IMG/VR virus record: IMGVR_UViG_3300023184_000029
Span: 32,001 to 96,000 of that record
Length of the DNA stretch: 64,000 nucleotides
Strand: one strand, 5' to 3'
DNA from: a virus
Shown here: positions 60,162 to 64,000 of the stretch, in pieces
Layout of the letters: the number at the start of each line of letters is the position of its first letter
Numbering within the stretch: the stretch's first letter is position 1
Notes under the pieces: generated by a model
Databases searched by the model: none
The model's input: only the letters and a program-made list of their open reading frames with translations
Told to the model about the DNA's origin: nothing
Made by a program: the position numbers and the translations under genes

Positions 60162-60206
60162 GCTGACTATACCCAGCTTGCCCAAATCCGCAGGATTAGC
60201 TGAGAC
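60162..60206. repeat. repeat family R2, copy 7
   Basis: GCTGACTATACCCAGCTTGCCCAAATCCGCAGGATTAGCTGAGAC. Confidence 0.75.
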
Positions 60207-60233
60207 TATCAACAATCCCCAGATGACAGGAGA

Positions 60234-60392
60234 CTATGCCGCCTCACCATCATCATAACCGGGGATATAATCCGGTTCGGAATCATACGAAACAACTTCA
60301 CAATGTTCGCCACAATCTGGGCAAATCCCATGATCCATCATGATACCATCCATCTCATACCCACAGCAATCCGAAACCATCATGTCTTCCAT
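60234..60392 (-). CDS. 52-aa zinc-ribbon/acidic protein (below ORF-track cutoff)
   Basis: Translated by hand: MEDMMVSDCCGYEMDGIMMDHGICPDCGEHCEVVSYDSEPDYIPGYDDGEAA. Confidence 0.7.
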   Translation of the reverse strand: MEDMMVSDCCGYEMDGIMMDHGICPDCGEHCEVVSYDSEPDYIPGYDDGEAA

Positions 60393-60527
60393 TCTCTTAT
60401 CCTTCTTTCTTTCTGTCTTACTTCTTATATCGACATTATACCATGTTCATCTTGAGCTTTCAAGAGAAATCCAGAAATTTTATTGTCAAAAGATTTTGAC
60501 AAAACTTTTCGTAATTTTGTGGAGGTT

Positions 60528-60542
60528 TGGCACACCATTTGC
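60528..60542 (+). promoter_or_regulatory. sigma54-like -24/-12 motif
   Basis: TGGCACACCATTTGC. Confidence 0.55.
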
Positions 60543-60551
60543 TAAGTTGTC

Positions 60552-60631
60552 GTAAAGTCTTATGGGGTAAGAACTTACATCAAGCCCGGCCCGCCCCGTT
60601 TGTCGTAAGTCTTTATATGGCAAGCACTTAG
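60552..60631. repeat. R1 module, copy 13
   Basis: 80 bp, 27-26-27 geometry. Confidence 0.9.
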
Positions 60632-60825
60632 GAGATACTTTGGCGACTGCCTATAATTTCAGCAGCAATGCTTCGAATTAGAGCATCTTTCACTGCCGGA
60701 TTAGTCACGCATTCTTCCGTGAGCCTTTCGGCCAGAGAACATGATGCGTCCATCATTTCCAAAGCACCTTGCAAGCCAAGGCTCATCCAAATTTTTTCCA
60801 TCGGTGAGAACATTTGTATAGCCTT

Positions 60826-61092
60826 TCAATTCCATCCAAAGTTTTGATCGAGAAACGGTCCGTAGATCATACCCTCATCGATCCAGCACTCATTCAGTTT
60901 CGAGGTAGTGGCATCGAACCGAACACAATACATAGCTACCCTGTCCCCGATTGCTGGCAGGATGTTCACCACCACAGCCCACGCCAGATCGGCACCAATC
61001 CTTGAACCAACCTGAACCCTATCACCAATTTGAATCATTCTGTTCTCTCTTTCTTGTGTTGGTATTCTAGCGAAGTTTTTTCTGATCGTCAA
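60826..61092 (-). CDS. hypothetical protein (real start probably MIQIG)
   Basis: GAAAGAGAG RBS-like leader. Confidence 0.55.
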   Translation of the reverse strand: MTIRKNFARIPTQERENRMIQIGDRVQVGSRIGADLAWAVVVNILPAIGDRVAMYCVRFDATTSKLNECWIDEGMIYGPFLDQNFGWN

Positions 61093-61098
61093 CCCCCA

Positions 61099-61305
61099 CT
61101 ATCGGGTGGTCGCACCGTTCGCTTTGGCATACCGATACAACGCTCGCTCGTCCACCATGAAACGCTGAACACCCTTCAAATCCTTGAAATCCCAATGGTA
61201 GGTGAGAACGTCAGAGCTGACCATCCAACGGGCTTCGATGCTCGAAGTCTTCTTCAGCGTATAGCCCAACTTCTTCAACTCTTTCTCAATCGTCTTGCTA
61301 TTCAT
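61099..61305 (-). CDS. hypothetical protein
   Basis: GAGAGAGAAAG leader; promoter upstream. Confidence 0.65.
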   Translation of the reverse strand: MNSKTIEKELKKLGYTLKKTSSIEARWMVSSDVLTYHWDFKDLKGVQRFMVDERALYRYAKANGATTR

Positions 61306-61418
61306 CTTTCTCTCTCTTTCTTTCTTGTGCTATCATTATACCAGTATTATCGTCCAATGTCAATAGCCTAGATCAGAAAAAGTTTCCTTACAATGCTGTA
61401 AGGTTGGAGAAGCAAGTT

Positions 61419-61433
61419 TGGCACAGGATTTGC
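61419..61433 (+). promoter_or_regulatory. sigma54-like -24/-12 motif
   Basis: TGGCACAGGATTTGC. Confidence 0.55.
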
Positions 61434-61480
61434 TAGTGATCAGAATATAGGCAGAAACGCCTAATATGTAAGCATTGAAC

Positions 61481-61560
61481 CTAAGTTGTTGGTATATAAG
61501 CACTTACGTCAAATTTGGCGGCGAAAAATCGCCGTAAGTCCTTTGGTAGCAAGGCTTTAC
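61481..61560. repeat. R1 module, copy 14
   Basis: 80 bp, 27-26-27 geometry. Confidence 0.9.
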
Positions 61561-61590
61561 GTCGAGTTTTTTTGTACAGTGTACGGAAGA

Positions 61591-61920
61591 TCACCCCTCC
61601 GAAAAGGGGGATACTTCCTCTCCACAAGCAAGAATCGCGGTATATTGCGATTCCAGAGCAGCAACCCTTTCGGCAGAACCCGGCTTGCCAACTCTCACAA
61701 TCATGCGATCCTCACCCCCCACAAGGCGGGGATCGGCCTTTTCCTTGCGAATCTTGCCCAGATTCTTTAGGGCTTTACGATTGAACTTCAGCACCTTCTC
61801 ACTACGGATTGGGCCATACACCCCATCCGCAAGGGAGGGTTGGTGAGGAATCGCAATCCCGAGGAAGCACAGTCTGGCTTGACGCTTGGCGTTTTCGACG
61901 ATAGGGAACTTGGTTTTCAT
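61591..61920 (-). CDS. hypothetical protein
   Basis: GAAAGAGAGAAAG leader. Confidence 0.7.
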   Translation of the reverse strand: MKTKFPIVENAKRQARLCFLGIAIPHQPSLADGVYGPIRSEKVLKFNRKALKNLGKIRKEKADPRLVGGEDRMIVRVGKPGSAERVAALESQYTAILACGEEVSPFSEG

Positions 61921-62023
61921 TTTCTTTCTCTCTTTCTTCTTATACCGACATTATACAGGCTTTTCTTTAGGTTGCAAGCGAAATCTTTGGTAGTTTCCTT
62001 ACAATATCGTAAGGTTTCCCACA

Positions 62024-62038
62024 GCAAATATCGTGCCA
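62024..62038 (-). promoter_or_regulatory. sigma54-like -24/-12 motif
   Basis: TGGCACGATATTTGC on the minus strand, close to consensus. Confidence 0.6.
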
Positions 62039-62084
62039 AAAAAGAATATTTTACTTTGGCATACGATATGCGTCCAAACTTGAC

Positions 62085-62164
62085 GTAAGTCGTTGCAGCA
62101 TAAGTACTTAGAGAAAATTTTGCGGCGAAAATTTGTCGTAACTCCTTATGGGCTAAGGGTTTGC
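62085..62164. repeat. R1 module, copy 15
   Basis: 80 bp, 27-26-27 geometry. Confidence 0.9.
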
Positions 62165-62336
62165 GACTCGTTTTTCCACCTATACAGTAGTTCAGCACAC
62201 AATTCCTTAATACTATTTTTAATATTTTCTTTATCTGATTCGCTCAAAGCATATTGCAAACGAATTTGCTCAATCCTTAAAGCGGTTTGTACTGTACATT
62301 TGCTTAGTTGAGAAACTTTCATTTGAACACCTATTC

Positions 62337-62555
62337 TTATTTAGCATGAAAAAAAACATTCTCATTACCAACAGTCTTATTAGTAATGGTCACAATCCAA
62401 TTCTTTCCGCTGCCATCTTCACGCATCACACAATTGATAATACCAACATGGGCATTTCCCTTAGTGTCGATAACACACCCATACTTACCCGTTCGCATAG
62501 CAGAGAAAATCTTGTCGAGGTTATTCACTACCGGTTTATAAGCTGTTGCAAACAT
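62337..62555 (-). CDS. hypothetical protein
   Basis: GIINCVMREDGSGKNWIV motif. Confidence 0.65.
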   Translation of the reverse strand: MFATAYKPVVNNLDKIFSAMRTGKYGCVIDTKGNAHVGIINCVMREDGSGKNWIVTITNKTVGNENVFFHAK

Positions 62556-62723
62556 TAGTATTCACCCAAAGTAAAAGAAAGGAACGTAAACAAAAAGATA
62601 GACGGCCCAACCGATTAGAAACACTTGAATACCCAAGCCACTAATCATTCCGAAAGTATCCACATCATCGGGATGCTCACCAAACAAATTGTAGCAGATC
62701 CAGTTTTTCATTTTCTTTTCCTT

Positions 62724-62909
62724 TCAAGCAAATTCTTCTTCACCCTGGAAATCGTCCAGCCACTCATCGTTCGTTTCGATGTGCTCATCGGCATCACCCA
62801 TGATCGGATCCCATTCACCATCATCATAGCCTGGGATATAATCGGCCTCATCTCCATATCCCACGATCCATTCCTCGCCGTTTTCGTCAATCATCTTTTC
62901 CATTTTCAT
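62724..62909 (-). CDS. small acidic protein
   Basis: D/E-rich; contains DYIPGYDDGE, shared with 60234-60392. Confidence 0.65.
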   Translation of the reverse strand: MKMEKMIDENGEEWIVGYGDEADYIPGYDDGEWDPIMGDADEHIETNDEWLDDFQGEEEFA

Positions 62910-63221
62910 TCTCACTTTCTCTAGTATTCTACTAAGATATTTTCTATTCGTCAAGCCCGATTCATGAATGAGATAGCCTCGTCGGCACTCTTGAAAATCC
63001 CAAGCAAAATCCTCTTGCCATTCTGGTCGTGATAAACCTTAAACTTCCGGCCAATCTGAATCATCGTGAGCGTGATCATTTTCTTTTCTCCCTTTTTCTC
63101 TTGTGCTTTCATTATACAGTGTTTATCGACGCTTTCAAGAGAAATCTTTGTAATTTTTCAAATATAATTTCATGCCAAATAAAGATATTTTTATGGTATG
63201 GCCTTTGCGTCAAAAATCGTC

Positions 63222-63301
63222 ATAAGTCATTCCCACACAAGCACTTACATCAAATTTTGCGGAGTATAATGATCATAAGTTCTTATACCGTATAGGTTTA
63301 G
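63222..63301. repeat. R1 module, copy 16
   Basis: 80 bp, 27-26-27 geometry, more degenerate. Confidence 0.8.
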
Positions 63302-63414
63302 GGCATAGGGGGGTTTTTTTGTTTTACTTATCATCTCATCAGAATTTCTAAAAATCCTGGGGTGGTCCATACATAGTCCAGGCCCTATAAAATAATTAGC
63401 CAGTTTAATAGCCA

Positions 63415-64000
63415 CTATTTATAAACTTTACCACTCCATATAGAGTTACCGTCCACAACCACCCTAACACTATTCTCCCCGCTCTTAAACCACCTAGGAG
63501 CTAGCTTCATATTAAATCCATGGTAACTAGAACCTAAAACCTTTCTCAAATCCCCCCTATAACCATTAGCAGTACCACTTTTTACCACCACATCATTTAT
63601 AACCACACTAACCACCACAGACTTGTTTCCCCTATTTTCACTAAAAGCCCATCCCTTAATTCTTTTTAAGGATAAAATTTCCACATTTCCTATAGAAGTA
63701 CTAATCACCGGCATACTAATAGAAACCGGAGTCTTTATGGGTTGTGAAACATTAAAAACCAGACTCTTATTCAAGACCCCACCACTGACCAACCTATCTG
63801 CTAAACTATTATTTTTTTCTACAGTACTAAATATATAACTTTTAACCTCATTAATGCTCCATGAAGGATTCTGAGATTTTAAATATCCCACAGAGCTAGA
63901 GACTCTAGGAGCAGCAGCACTTGTACCAGCAAAAGAGCCATAACTATTATTAGGAAAAGTAGTATTTACTCCATTAGCAGGAGCCCCCAAATCTACACTA
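63415..64000 (-). CDS. subtilisin-like (S8) serine protease, C-terminal part; runs off the window
   Basis: DLGAP, GTSAAAPRV catalytic-Ser motif, followed by a beta-rich domain. Confidence 0.8.
   Translation of the reverse strand, partial: SVDLGAPANGVNTTFPNNSYGSFAGTSAAAPRVSSSVGYLKSQNPSWSINEVKSYIFSTVEKNNSLADRLVSGGVLNKSLVFNVSQPIKTPVSISMPVISTSIGNVEILSLKRIKGWAFSENRGNKSVVVSVVINDVVVKSGTANGYRGDLRKVLGSSYHGFNMKLAPRWFKSGENSVRVVVDGNSIWSGKVYK

Noticed and set aside
61917-62198. 93-aa ORF and similar ORFs over modules (61486-61784, 59122-59328, 55633-55842)
   Set aside because: They are translations of promoter/R1 repeat sequence and lack an RBS
45258-63301. R1 array as a CRISPR array
   Set aside because: Repeats are 0.6-1.8 kb apart, separated by genes, and diverge in sequence; no 30-40-nt spacers or cas genes
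45258-63301. R1 as classical integron attC sites
   Set aside because: No GTTRRRY/RYYYAAC boxes, cassettes carry their own promoters, and no intI in the window
1-64000. Stop-codon (TAG) reassignment
   Set aside because: Long genes (rIIA, ligase, UvsE, ThyX) read intact in code 11, and rIIA ends at TAG just before a promoter
1-64000. rRNA genes, transposases, reverse transcriptase/DGR
   Set aside because: No recognisable sequence or protein motifs seen

Overview
This is a 64 kb segment of a large (jumbo/huge) dsDNA phage genome in standard genetic code, with nearly all genes on the minus strand. Left part (1-45 kb, AT-rich): RepB-like primase, rIIB/rIIA, ATP-dependent DNA ligase, UvsE, an HhH glycosylase, ThyX, a SET protein, a CarF/PEDS1-type desaturase, PspC, a QueC-like/methyltransferase island, HNH endonucleases and many small hypothetical genes. 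It also holds a tmRNA and a tRNA-Leu(UAA) interrupted by a 196-nt group I intron. Right part (45.2-63.3 kb): a tRNA cluster (Lys, Glu, Ile-UAU, Ser-ACU, Asn, Gln, Thr, Arg) and small-gene cassettes separated by 16 copies of an exactly 80-bp module. Each module is two 27-bp imperfect palindromes (10-bp arms, 7-bp spacer) joined by a 26-bp GC-cored linker, and lies upstream of a sigma70-type promoter. Other signals: a second ~45-bp repeat family, sigma54-like motifs at the last five modules, three tRNA-shaped RNAs with a replaced or expanded anticodon arm, and a ~500-nt structured non-coding leader. Family assignments come from motifs recognised by eye; no database searches were run. A Planctomycetota-like host is only a weak inference.
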